This document shows positions 50,988 through 64,000 of a DNA stretch of 64,000 nt, piece by piece (the stretch's first letter is position 1; the number at the start of each line of letters is the position of its first letter). A program made the position numbers and the translations under genes. This DNA is from Okamejei kenojei (Eukaryota), in contig CM069139.1 in the NCBI GenBank assembly GCA_035221665.1, positions 55,862,001 to 55,926,000 of the forward strand, read 5' to 3'. The notes under the pieces were generated by a model that had not been told where the DNA came from, did no database searches, and saw only the letters and a list, made by a program, of their open reading frames with translations.

Positions 50988-53719
50988 GTAAAGTTAATGT
51001 GACAGTTGTTATACTTCCTTCATTGACTTAATTAAAAGCCATCATCATCTTCTGGAAGAGATGAAGTAATTTTTAACATAAAACGAGACTGGCAAATCTC
51101 CATCTTCAATTTGGGAGAAAATAAAAGGTGGCTGACTTGATGTTGTTATGCCGTACAGTCGATTTGAAACACCTCAAGAACATATATTAAGAGAATTGGT
51201 ACCCATTCATGGAATGAAGGTTATGCAGTTGCAAAACGACTTAACAGGAAGATGTTGTGCCACCATGCACTTGAGTAAATTTGGGCTCAATTTAAATGTG
51301 CAGGGGTGGAGTATTTGTTGTGTTCCTTTCTTGCGTGCCATCCAATGACCAGTATGAAAGCAAGGATGATCTGTGTTAATAACGACATACTTCATAATGC
51401 AGGACAATGATAAAAGGGCAGGAGAAACCATGTTATAGTGCTGTGATATAGGGTTATATCAGACTCAGACTGCAAGCTCAGATTTTGATGAGAAAAATGA
51501 ATAAATAAAGTAAACGTCATCACTTGGAGCTGTCGTAAAGTGAATTCACTAAGATTTGTTATTACTATGATAAAAATTGGTTAATGTCCTTTCTGTGGGA
51601 ATCTGTGTTCACACCAAATCTATAATAGGGCCCAATCTTTCCGTGGATATTTACTGCAATCCTACAGTGGTTGCCTTTTAATAACCTTATGCCATGAATG
51701 GAACATTGTTTAAATCTAGATGCATAAAATATTAGGATGGGGTTGCTATTTTTCCTGCTCTATTTTCAAACTAATGGACCGTTATTGACCGCAGCTTGTA
51801 TCCTCTGAAGGGTAATATAAGGAGATAAGATAGAAGAGACATGAATTGTGAAGCCTGAGGAAGGTGGAAAGGGAGGGTACATGGAGAAATAGGTACACAT
51901 CCAGGTGGGGCATAGGGAAGTGAGGGGGATAAAGGGGAGATGAGGTCGGTTGTAGATTATTTAGTTAATGAATATTGAATTCAACATTTTAGGTAATTAA
52001 CCTAGAAACTACCAAAGAAAGTACACTTCTCTGTGTACTACATGGATAGATACCCATTTTTTGTTGACTTTTACTTATTTTGTGCACTCTATTGCACTTG
52101 TCTCAGCCCTCTTATTCTTTTATTATCTAACTCAGTTTCCAGTGTTTGGTGTCACCGATACATTTTTTAATAGTGGGCTGTACCCTGAAATGCAAGTTTA
52201 TTAATGTGCATTGGTGGCACCAATGCTTCAAGTATTCACACATGGGCCTTGTAATTATCTTGCATCCTTGTATTGGGGGGAGAATAATGTTTTTGTTCTT
52301 TTACATAATTTAAATTGCAGCCGTGTGTGGAGCTATTCAGTACTAAACAATGGTAATCTTTGTTCCTCCATCAGCTAGCTTGGCCCTTACTCTCAAATAA
52401 TTTTATTGAACCTCTAATTTATAAATCTTTTCCATAATTAAAGGTATTCCTGAAAATCTGTCTTTTGTACATTCTCTTTGTCAATTGACCTAATGTCTCT
52501 GAAGCTCGTTGTAATATTTCTTTGGTAGCATCCTGTGGTGTTTCTCCCAACATGCATGCATATTTTACCATCAAAGGTGCTGTACAAATACTAGTTATTG
52601 ATGAAATCTATAGTACAGTGGTCACATTCAGTGGATGAGATTCAATTTTACAGATATCAAAGCTTGTGATCTATTGAGGAAATGTTTAGTTGGTGTTGTC
52701 ACCTCCTCTAAAAAATATATTAATCTATCCATGAGATTTGAGAAATATATTTATGATTTAACTATGAGAATTGCAAAGGGAAAGTCTCTTGCCAGCCCCC
52801 TGGTTTCTTTATACATTCAGTGCCACATTTAAGGTTAATTGTCAAATAATTGGATGATTAATTAATTATGTAATGGCACCACCTGCATAGTAACCCAGTA
52901 AATGGTTTTGTCAGAAAAATGTATTTAAATGGTGAACTCTGTCAGATTTAGAAAGCAGTATTAAGAGGACAAGTAAAATGCTTTATCTGTTTCCTCATAA
53001 TGCCAAAATTATTAAATTGCATTTTCCGTGAGTTAGAAGGCATCTTAATTTTTAGTAAAAGCATAAGAAGCATTTTTGAAAGAAGTGTATTCTCCAATCT
53101 TATAGTATAATTAATTTCATCCTTGCATGTTAACCACCACCTAAATAGGACAAATAATTCTGTTTCTCGAATTCTTCATAATTTCTTTCAGATGTCAGTT
53201 TTATTTCTTGTGAAAACATGTCATGGCACATTTGAATATTGCCCGCGTTCTCTTTTCCTGGATCCCTGTTAAACTTGAAGCATTTTATTTTTATTGCCTA
53301 TTTTCCTTCCACCAAAATGTGACTTCACTGCTCTGTTTCAGTATTCCGTCCCTGTCCTCCTGACATCTGTTGCTATCCTGTTCTTTTATTCACAACTGTC
53401 CCTGGTTTTGTATTGTTTCCAAGTTATGAATGTATATCATAAAGGGGAATGATCTTAATATGACCCTGGTGAATACCATATAATTCAATTTCAAAATCAA
53501 TAATTCACCTCTATGCTGTGGCTTAACCAATCCTGTATTGATCCTGTCACAGTCCTTTTTATCCTTTGGCTATAATTTTGCTAGTAAAATTATATGTGAT
53601 ACTTCAGATTGCCCAAATCCACATTAACCAAATGAACTTTATAAATCCTCTCCACTATTTCCTGAAAAGAATGCGACCAGTGTAGCCAAATGGATTTGCA
53701 TTGTCAAATCCAAATGCCA

Positions 53720-54660
53720 ATTATAGAGTCAGAGTTGTACAGGCTATTTGGCCTACTCTGTCCATGCTGATCAAGTTGCCCAATCAAACGTCCCACTTCT
53801 CTGTTCCTGGCCCTGTACATGTTTGGAATGTGGGATGAAACCAGAGCTCCCGGAGAAAACCCACACAGTTACGAGGAGAATGTTTCAATGTCATGGCACT
53901 CTCTGCTACCTGGGAGATATTACAATAATCACGCAAGCTTCGTACATTGGACAACCCTTCTGTTAATGCTCTGAAGCTTTCCTAACCATGTACCTGTCCA
54001 AGTCTCTTTTAAAAGTCGTAATTATATCCGCCTCTAGCACTTCCTCTGACAGCTCTTTTGATGTGCACCCCACCCTGTGAATAATTTATGTGTAATTTAT
54101 GTTTTATGTTTGATGTGTTGTCTGAGTCTATGTGCCTGCAATGCTGCTGCAAACAAGATTTTCATTGCAGCTCTACCCAGCCATACTTGTGCAGATGACA
54201 ATAAATGTGCCTTTACTCTTCAGCAATCATTTTCTATTTATGTTTATAAATTGTTAGGTTGGTTGCTTATCTGTCATTATCTGTCGTCTTTGTTGCTCCA
54301 ACTCCTATGTTAAGAACCCCTCGTCCTATTTACTTTAAACTTGGGTTTTAGCTATTATTAGTCATATTGTCAAAAACCTGTTCTTTGTTTCTTTACTTGT
54401 CTCGTTTTATCATCTATCTTTTAGACATACAGGCCCTTCGGCCCACCGAGGCCACTATCCTCCACACTGGGGGTAATTTATAATTTTTTACTGGAGCCAA
54501 TTAACTTACAAACCTGTACGTCTTTGGAATGTGGGAGGAAACCAGAGCCTCTGGAGAAAACCCACACAGTTACGGGGAAAATGTTTGAATGTAATGGCAC
54601 TCTCCACTACCTGGGAGATATTACAATAAACACACAATCTTTGCACATTGGGCAGCCCCT
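53720..54660 (-). mobile_element. Cluster of SINE/CR1-tail fragments including a local duplication
   Basis: 53815-53960 and 54512-54660 are similar to each other and partly to the SINE at 55376. Confidence 0.65.
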
Positions 54661-55365
54661 TATCAAGCGTGAAGAACTTTCTCAAGTCAAGCAGTAAGCA
54701 AAAATAACTTATTTGGCCTCATCAAACATCTTAGAGGCTGGAAATATTTAATAGAATATACACAATGATTAAAGCAGACGATTAAAATATCACTTAAATT
54801 AGTTTAAAATTCAAAATATTTTGAAATCTTTCTCTGCAGAAATCTTTATCCACATACATTAAATTGTTCGCTTGGTCCAGAGAGCTTGCGAAGTAGGAAT
54901 TATAGCTTCATATGGCATTAAAAAGAATTTTAGTATTTTGTATCGACCTAAGATTTTGGGATATTAAGCAGCCACAATAGTATGCCTTTGCAATGTCATT
55001 GCTTTACATTGATACCACAGCAAAGATTGAAAAACAGTGCTCCCTGTTCAGAAGCAGGGAGTGACTGCAGCTTCTGAGTTTCTGTTTAACTGCATGTATG
55101 TACTCCAGATGTTAGTGCCAGTGTTAGGATGTAAACATGCAGTTTGCTGATGGTTGTTGCAAAGCCAGAAGATCACTAGTGAGCAAGATTTGAAAAAAAA
55201 AGTCCCAATTGAGAGCAGTATTTGTATATAACCTTTGTTCATAAATTTTGTTCACCTTTGAAATTTTGGTAACATTTTACATTCCTCCAATTGTAGCAGC
55301 GTGTTTATGCTCCATCTTGGGTTGTGGAGTTTTCACCCATCTAAGCTATATGACTCAAGTCTTAA

Positions 55366-55665
55366 GTTTAGTTTTAGTTTAGAGATACAGCACGAAAACA
55401 GGCCCTTCGGCCCACCAAGTTTGTTGCGGCCAGCGATCCCCGTACATTAACACTATCCTATACACATGAGGGATAATTTACAATTTTACCAAGCCAATTA
55501 ACCTACAAACCTGGATGTCTTTGACGTGTGGGTGTAAACCGGAGATCCGGCAGAAAACCCACGCTGGTCACAAACTACATATAGACAAGCAGCCATAGTC
55601 TTGATTGAACCCATGTCTCTGGCATTGTAAGGCAGCAACTCTACCGTTGCGCCAGCGTGTCGCCC
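55366..55665 (-). mobile_element. tRNA-head SINE with a CR1-like tail
   Basis: The - strand begins GGGCGACACGCTGGCGCAACGGTAGAG (A box) and has GGTTCAATC (B box-like); AGTTT microsatellite tail. Confidence 0.8.
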
Positions 55666-56634
55666 AAGACCTTAGTAAAAACATTCAACAAGTCAGGCAA
55701 CCCATGTGGAAAAAGTAATAATTAATGTTTCAGGTGAAAGATTCTTTGTAAGACCTGAAACTCTTTACCTGCTTCTCTATTGTTGTACAGACCCCGTTTG
55801 CTGATTGAGTGTTACTAGAGTGCAAGTTAAATGTTAATTTGTAGCTCGAGAATTGTTTGCATATAGTGCTTGTTCAGTGCTTATTAAATCTTTTGAATCC
55901 AAACTGAAAGTTCAAGAGCACTGTAGCTGAATTTGTATGTGGTCAGTATGGTAAGATTTTGACTAATCAGAAGCATTTAAATCAACTAAGGCTTCTAAGC
56001 AGTAATAAGATTAGCTTACATCTGCATTTAAAGTAAGTGAAGGAAATTGTACAGGTTGAGCCCCATTGGATATCTATTTTCAGCATCTAATAAGACTTGA
56101 CTCGCTAATAAGCGAGTTTGGTATCTCGATAAACGCAAGAAATCATGGGATTTATCATAGGTCATTTGGGATTAAAAAAAGCGAACACAGCGCTGTATAC
56201 ACTGGATATAAATTGTTAACTATTCTACCAAGGAATTAATCTAGAATTCGGTCAACTTAATAGCTTCCTTTCTTGTTCTTCTGTTCGCACACTACTCACA
56301 CAATCCCAGTTCTAGTTCAGTTCATCAATCTGTAATTATGAAGATATGAAGATGAGATATTCAAAAAGTTAAAGATTTTATTATTTTCATTTAATCCTTA
56401 ATGTGTTTGCTACTGGGATAAGAAAATCTTACTTGTATTTGAAACTTTCTTATCTTTCTTCATAATTTATGTATAAAAATATATTTAATGTGAGGCAGGC
56501 AGCGATTGTATCAGTGTGATGCAGGCTGATGCTTTACCTACTGGTGGTGTGAAGGTACCGTTAAGGCAAAGATTAATCTCAGAGGAAAACTGAGTACAGG
56601 GTTAGCCCTGTGAAGGAGTCACCAATCCGGTATA

Positions 56635-58213
56635 CAGTGGCTTGCAAAAGTATTCATACCCCTTGAACTTTTCCACATTTTGTCACGTTACAACCACAAA
56701 CGTAAATGTATTTTATTGGGATTTTATGTGATAGACCAACACAAAGTGGTGCATAATTGTGAAGTGGAAGGAAAATGATACATGGTTTCCAAATTTTATT
56801 ACAAATAAAAAACTGAAAAGTGTGGCGTGCAAAAGTATTCAGCCCCCCTGAGTCAATACTTTGTAGAACCACCTTTCGCTGCAATTACAGCTGCAAGTCT
56901 TTTGGGGGTATGTCTCTACCAGCTTTGCAAATCTAGAGGTTGAAATTTTTGCCCATTTTTCTTTGCAAAATAGCTCAAGCTCAGTTAGATTGGATGGAGA
57001 GCATCTGTGAACAGCAATTTTCAAGTCTTGCCAGAGATTCTCAATTGGATTTAGGTCTGGACTTTGACTGGGTCACTCTAACACAAGAATATGCTTTGAT
57101 ATAAACCATTCCATTGTAGTTCTGGCTGTATGTTTAGGGTCGTTGTCCTGCTGGAAGGTGACCTGTTAGAGTCTCAAGTCTTTTGCAGACTCTAACAGGT
57201 TTTCTTCCAAGATTGCCCTGTATTTGTCTCCATCCATCTTTCCATCAACTCTGACCAGCTTCCCTGTCCCTGCTGAAGAAAAGCATCCCCACAGCATGAT
57301 GCTGCCACCACCATGTTTCACAGTGGGGATGGTGTGTTCAGGGTGATGTGCAGTGTTACTTTTCCGCCACACATAGCATTTTGCATTTAGGCCAAAAACT
57401 TCAATTTTGGTCTCATCAGACCAGAGAACCTTCCTCCACATGTTTGCTGTGTCCCCCACATGGCTTGTGGCAATCGGGACTTCTTATGGCTTTGTTTCAA
57501 CAATGGCTTTCTTCTAGCCACTCTTCCATAAAGGCCCGATTTTTGGAGTGCACGACTAATAGTTGTCCTGTGGACAGATTCTCCCACCTGAGCTGTGGAT
57601 CTCTGCAGCTCCTCCAGAGTTACCATGGGCCTCTTGGTTGCTTCTCTGATCAATGCTCTCCTTGCCCGGCCTGTCAGTTTAGGTGGACGGCCATGTTTTG
57701 GTAGGTTTGCAGTTGTGCCATACTCTTTCCAATTTCGGATGATGGATTGAACAGTGCTCCGTGTGATGTTCAAAGCTTAACCTAACCCTGCTTTAAACTT
57801 CTCCACAACTTTATCCCTGACCTGTCTGGTGTGTTCCTTGTGCTTCATGATGCTGTTTGTTCACTAATGTTCTCTAACAAACCTCTGAGGCCTTCACAGA
57901 ACAGCTGTATTTATACTGAGATTAGATTACACACAAGTAATTAGGTGACTTCTGAAGGCAATAGGTTGCACTGGATTTTATTTAGGGGTATCAGAGTAAA
58001 GGGGGCTGAATACTTTTGCACGCCATACTTTTCAGTTTTTTATTTGTAAAAAAAATTGAAAACCATGTATCATTTTCCTTCCACTTCACAATTATGCACC
58101 ACTTTGTGTTGGTCTATCACATAAAATCCCAATAAAATACATTTACGTTTGTGGTTGTAACGTGACAAAATGTGGAAAAGTTCAAGAGGTATGAATACTT
58201 TTGCAAGCCACTG
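56635..58213 (-). mobile_element. Near full-length Tc1 transposon (IR/DR type) with a frameshifted transposase
   Basis: About 210-bp near-identical TIRs starting CAGTGGCTTGCAAAAGTATTCA; TA on both sides; [32 protein letters not shown]. Confidence 0.96.
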
Positions 58214-60717
58214 TAAGACATTTAACTGTGAAATGCCTGCCCTTTAGCATTGGATCGATTGAGTGGAGGATCTGTGCTGTTCCGTGGTTGCAGTGCGTTT
58301 CCCCCAGCCATCTCGCCCAGTGCACGTTGACCAGCGCAGTTCACCAGCCTTTGTTAGCAGAGGTTCTTTGTGCAGGTGTTACCCGAAGGTGTTATCCGGT
58401 TTTGTGGAGGTTCTGCATTAGGATCCGGCATGCAGATCAGATCAGTCCAGGTTGCCGAATGGCCGAAGGGCGGATTTTAATGGGTCGTTATTAAACTGTT
58501 CCATCTGTGCGGCATCGCCAGCTCTCTCTCTCTCCCAGATCCCCCACCCCAACTGTCGACAAAGTCTGACTGAGAAATTACGGGTTGGCTCCGCATTTTG
58601 CCCACTCGCTGGGGTGGGAAGCTCCTCCTTCAAAGAGAGCGAGAACAGGTCCCGTCAGCTGGGGAGCTGCAACCCACTCCTCTAGTTTGGCTGCGGTTCA
58701 AATGGCTGCAAATTTTCATAATTATCACCGCCCAGTCACCCGGACCTGGCTCCCAACTGTGTGCCCTGAGAGACTGGAACCAACCCTAGAGGTTAAAGCA
58801 ACAGCATCTTTATTTAAGCCAACCCACCTCACAAGTTTACCCAGCCTGTTCTAATCCAATCTGAACTTTCCAACCTACCCCCCACACAGCACATTCTCCT
58901 CGTATCTTTCAATCCAGGAAAGTTGTTTAGATAGGAATGCAAGGACTGTCTCAAATGGGTTGACCACACAAATTGTAATTCGTGCAAATCAATATTACAT
59001 TTGAATGACTGTGACTCAAGCTAATGCTAGGGATTTGATAAATGACAGGTTCGTTCCAGGCATTCTTGCGTTTTCAAGGCTGGTGCTGTATTGAGTCAAT
59101 AATTTAAATAGACACAAATGTGGATTTGTGCAGCCTGCGGTACGCTGTGGCCTACTGCTGACATATTTGACGGATAAATGTATTTATAAATCTCATTGAA
59201 ATGAATACGCAGGTCTGTACACACACAGTAGCTCAGCTGACGAGAATGTTTATCCCGAATGACCCATGACCTGGGCATGCGCAGATGTAATACCGAACTC
59301 ACTTATTCTCCTTTTGAGAAATGCCGGTTGTCCACTCAGTATTCTGGAAATGTTCCCGCTACCTCTCCACCCTACCTTAAAGTCTTGCGTTTTTATTTTT
59401 GCACTGATTCTGGTTAAAACATGCTTCGATGCATTTAATTTGTACATACTGATATTTTACTGTTCAGTTTTCTTTTCATGAGCTGTGTAAGCAAGCAGGT
59501 GAACATTTAGACTAAAGAGCATTTCAAATAGACAGTGATAAGCTAATTGAAATTTATTAAAGTTTTTTCATTATGTTAATTGAAAAGGGACAAGCCAGAT
59601 ACTGTGAACATTTAAGAAGCAGGTAACATTAGGAATAAAAAACAAGAATGGGGCATTTGGCTCTTTGTATCTAATTCATTATTCAGTACGATTGTGACTG
59701 CGACAGCTGATGAAGAAATTGCTGTGACCAGATATTGCAAATTTTCAGGTACATTGTAAATGAATTACTTGAGATAACTGAAGATGAATAACCAGAATAT
59801 TATTGACTCGTGTATACGTAGTTACTAAGGATAAAATAACTATACTTGAGAAATGTGAGTTGATTTGTGTCATTGCAATGAACGTTGACAAATGGATCAC
59901 TTTTCTGCAAAGTTTTTTATACTTTAGTAATGTATTTATTGTATATATTTGCAGTTGTTTATCAAGTTACAAGTCTTTTAATATCCCAATCTACTTTATG
60001 CTGTTGGCTTCATAGATCCATTGAGATTGTTTAATTCTGGCCTCAAGTGTATCATTTGTGAATCCATTCTAAAATTTCAGCTCATTGATCCCAATACTCT
60101 GCTTACAGCTGGCAGATCCTTTATCTTTCAGTACAACAGCTGCAGTAAGGAAATCAATAAATTACTTGTACCCATTCTTCTCTGCTTTATTTCTACTGTA
60201 CTAATTTCTAACCTGTGTTTTAGATTAATCCTCACTACTGTCCTTATCTTTCTTTCATTATTAGCCCTAAAACATCCTGAATCCCAGCTTTTTTTCCTAT
60301 CCCTTCTAAACACAGTTCCCTATCTTTTACATTTTTATAATCTAATAAAAAATATAGATTACTATAATCTGTAACGGTTTGAGATCAAATCCATCTATCT
60401 CTAATTGTTGATCAACTTGGCAAACTTGATATGAATGCATTGTGCATTGAGATAAATCTACATTAATTTTTGTTACATTTTTAACACCTTTCTTTGATTT
60501 AACTTTCTTCTTTGCTATTAAACTTTTCAAACATGTTGCACGTGTAATTAAATTTCTACTTCTTTAGTCGACTAGATTTTTTAGGATATTTTTTTCTTCT
60601 GAGCCATACATTTCTTCCTCAATTTTTAATTTTAAAGCAGTATCTAATCCCTGATTATCAGATTTACCACAATATTGCTCCCAGCCCTTCCCAATGACAC
60701 AGCTTCTCATTTTTAGT

Positions 60718-60920
60718 GTAAGGAGGAACTGCCGATGCTGGTTTAAACTGAAGTCACAAAATGCTGGAGTATCTCAGCGGGACAGGCAGCATCTCTTCTG
60801 AAGAGAAGGAATGGATGGCGTTTCAGGTGGAGACCTTCAGAAGGGTCTTGACCCGAAACGTCACCCATTCTATCTCTCCAGAGATGCTGCCTGCACGCCG
60901 AGTTACTCCAGCATTTTATT
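60718..60920. mobile_element. Penelope-derived inverted terminal-repeat pair
   Basis: AAAATGCTGGAGTATCTC...GAGTTACTCCAGCATTTT surrounding GGGTCTTGACCCGAAACGTC. Confidence 0.75.
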
Positions 60921-61019
60921 TCTATTCTCATTTGTATATCATTTCTCACTTTTAGTGTTCTGCTGTCAATCCTTAAAATGAAACCCTTTGCCTCTCTCAC
61001 CGTGCCTGGTGATAAGTTC

Positions 61020-61742
61020 AAAACACAATCCCAAGACTGTCAGTGCGACACACACACACACATACACACATCGCTTCCTTCACCAGCCAGTTATGCAGGC
61101 GGGGGACAGGGCAAGCGGGGGGAGCACTGTATGAGTGAAATTCACACGGTGCAAACCCAATGTGATACAGACACACACCACGATGAACAGGAAGGTTGGC
61201 GCTGTAGTTAAGACGGTGAAAACACAGTGTACGGGAAGGGTCACATAAGCCCTTTAAAAGAGGGGGGGGAGAAGGTGGAGACGGGGTGGGGAGAAGGAGT
61301 AGAGCCAATTTCTAAGAAGCCAGAGATACACGGCTGTGAAGCTCAGCGGACATTAACATTACTGGTTGGTTATTCTTGGTTCTGAAAACTACTGTTTACG
61401 TTTTTTTTCCCAATGAGCCAATGAAATTCACCGGTCAGCACCAGCAACAACCTACGACAACCTACGACCCCCTAGCGACCCACTACCACTGCACCTACGT
61501 CATGAGAATTCTCGCTACTCTCCTTGGCGTAAAAATTCTGGTCGCCGCTAATTTTTCAACGTTGAAAATTTTTAACGAATTTTTCAACGTTGAAAAATTA
61601 GCAGCGTCCAGAATGAAGCCGCGACTAGTTACGAGAATGCGGGAACTACTCACCACCATGCAAGTGACACCCTGGCAACTCTGGCGACCTTGTGGCGACC
61701 TCATAGCCGCCTAAAAAGTCGCGAAAGTGGGACAAGCCCATA
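61020..61742. mobile_element. Harbinger-type MITE remnant
   Basis: Right end AAGTGGGACAAGCCC resembles the TIR at 26715; internal palindrome GCTAATTTTTCAACGTTGAAAATTTT...AATTTTTCAACGTTGAAAAATTAGC. The left boundary is uncertain. Confidence 0.55.
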
Positions 61743-62429
61743 AACAATAGAGGTAATTAGCCAGCTGATTATACTCCATTATAAGTTGTGATGTTCAAGA
61801 AATCCAGGAATATCTTCGGACTGATGGAGTAAAATGATTTGCCTATGTATCTTTTGATGACCTCACTGGTGACTGAACAGTCTTGCACAGTAGCAAGAGA
61901 AGGTCTGTTGATAAGGAAGAGCCAGGCCTTTGCAAGGAAACAACATAGTGGTGCAATTGGAAGGTTTCTATTTTGCATCATTTCCTTCCACTTGCAGCAT
62001 CTCCTTCCTCTGAATACAAGCCCTCCTGCCACACTTTCCTACATCAATAATGTCACTGTACCTTCAGCCACGAGCAATTAAGAACAGATCGTAGATGATG
62101 CAGATCAATTTGTGACAGACTATTGAGCTAATTTATTTAAAGGCAGATTCCATGAATGCATATTAGGATGCAACTTCACAGAGAGTTTGTGATACTATAT
62201 AGCATAGGTGTTAACTCTAATGGTGAATTGAAGTTACAAATTAATGGATTCTAGTACATTGTTGTGGGGGGGGGGGGGGGGGGAGGGGGGGAGGTTGAGG
62301 AGGGGGGGGGGAGGTTGAGGAGGGGGGGGGGGGAGAAGGCCAATACCGAGAAGATGGAACAGTTAACAGCTCCATATTCATAAGCTTGTAGAATGAGAAA
62401 ATGATTGACAAACTAAGTTCAACATAGAT

Positions 62430-63965
62430 AGTACAAAAAGGAACTGCAAATACTTGTGCTTGGTGACAAAATGCTGGAGTACCTCAGCGGGTCAGGCAGC
62501 ATCACTGGAGAAAATGGTTAGGTGACATTTCGGGTTTTTCAGACTGATTGTGGGGGGAGGAAGGTCTGTAAGCAAGAAAAGACCAGGACAAACCAGGGCC
62601 GACAATAGAGGACTTCAGGCAGGGTGGTTTCCTGATAGGCTAACTGTTGTCTAGGGACAATGTGATCCTAAGAAGGAATTCTTGCAATCTATGGAACTGG
62701 TTGACTGACTTTTAGTGGAGGTAGGGGAAGAAAAGCGAGGAGGGAGGGGAGAGAGGAAGGCAGTGTCTGTGGAACTTACCTAAAATCAGGGGCGGAAAAC
62801 CCGGGGGGGGGGGGGCAGAGGAGACACGTCCCCCCCCCCCATGTTTTGAGAGGTGGGGGACATCCCCCCCCCCCCCCAAGTTTTTGTCATCGGGATTTTA
62901 AAATCTCCGCTTTCCGCGAGACAGTGGAGGTGGGACTGCTGATCGACGGCGCCGATTGGACGAGAGAGACGTCGGTCAGCAGGCAATGGGGGCAGGACAT
63001 GATGATTCAGGGTGATGATTGGAGGAGAGAGGAGTGGGGGGGCGGTGGGACTGAGGATAGAGTGCGGTGATTGGAGGAGGAGACGTGGCTGTGCCTCATC
63101 CGCAGCCAGGAGCGATCCCGGCTGGGTCTCAAGCACTGTCCCATCCGCACCTGAGTGCCGCCCCCCCCCCCCACGGGTGGCCAGAGATGTCAGCAGTCAG
63201 ACAGGTGGGGCGCCCCAAGGCCCACAGCCAGCGCAGAGAAGCAGCGCAAAACCCAGCTCACTCTGCCTGTCCTGCCAGGTGAACCTGCCTGGGCTTGAGG
63301 GAAATATGGCCAGCATGGAGAAGCAGCGCTGGTGTCCCATCAGTCCAGTCAGGGCTTGTAGGTTAACCCGGTGAGACAAGCAGAGTTGAGCTGCATTTAG
63401 CGCTGGATTGAGCCTCCGAAGCCTCGTGCATGTGTGTGTGTGTGCGCATGCGCGCGCGGCCGATAAAAAATTGTGTCCCACCTGTACCCCGGTCTGATCC
63501 ATGTTTTGCTAGCGAGTTCCGTGCCTGCGGAATATCAATATTCATATGGCTGGTTTGTAATCTATCCATGTGAGATACGAGTTGCTGTTCCTTCAATTTG
63601 CGTGAGTCCTCATTCCGGCAATGTCTGGGAGGACAGAAAGGTCAGGATTGGAAGGGGAGTTAAAATGGTTAGCAACCGGGCAATCCAGTAGACCTTGGTG
63701 GACTGAGTGCAAGTGTTCCACAAAATGGTCACCAAGTCTGCGATTGGTCTGATGTATAAGAGCCCACATTGGGAGCATCGGATGCAGTAGTTGAGGTTAG
63801 AGGGAGGTGTATGTAAACCTCTGTTTCACCTGGAAGGGCTGTTGGTGTCCCCGGATGGAATCGCAGGAGGAGGTATAAGGGCAGGTGTTACATCCCCTGC
63901 AGTTGCAGGGGAAAGTACAGGGGAGGGGGTGGTTTGGGTGGGAAAGGATGAGTGAACTAAGGTGC
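62430..63965 (-). mobile_element. Old Penelope 3' fragment interrupted by a hAT-type MITE (62787-63527)
   Basis: QTNRRLGDHFVEHLHSV...PVANHFNSP; the MITE CAGGGGCGGAA...TTCCGTGCCTG is homologous to 30583-30933. Confidence 0.82.
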
Positions 63966-64000
63966 ATCTACTGCAATTGCGGGGAAATTTAAAAACAAAT

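Noticed and set aside
59960-60700. AT-rich stretch with a coding-like look on the minus strand, considered as a later STXBP6 exon or a gene remnant
   Set aside because: Multiple stops and no recognisable motif; I did not find the expected next STXBP6 peptide (VTNKKP...) in the window.

Overview
Eukaryotic, repeat-dominated vertebrate DNA; the repeat mix suggests a cartilaginous fish such as a skate (inference). The window appears to cover the 5' part of STXBP6 (amisyn) on the + strand: a candidate GC-rich promoter/first exon near 2.8-3.4 kb, a long intron, and the first coding exon at 50794-50987. The rest is CR1 and Rex/Babar LINEs, Penelope-like elements with minimal hammerhead ribozymes, two decayed Gypsy elements, two Tc1 transposons, hAT and PIF/Harbinger MITEs, SINEs and non-autonomous Helitrons. 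The standout is a nested element at 45722-50236 (- strand). A Helitron inserted into a CR1 carries the 5' part of an endogenous retrovirus (LTR, tRNA-Pro primer-binding site, leader, gag). Inside gag lies exactly one turn of an intronless, exon-scrambled FCHO2 cDNA with an apparent back-splice junction at 48990/48991. I interpret this as a circular RNA captured by a retrovirus through microhomology and later interrupted by a Penelope element. Protein identifications are from recalled sequences; no database search was run.
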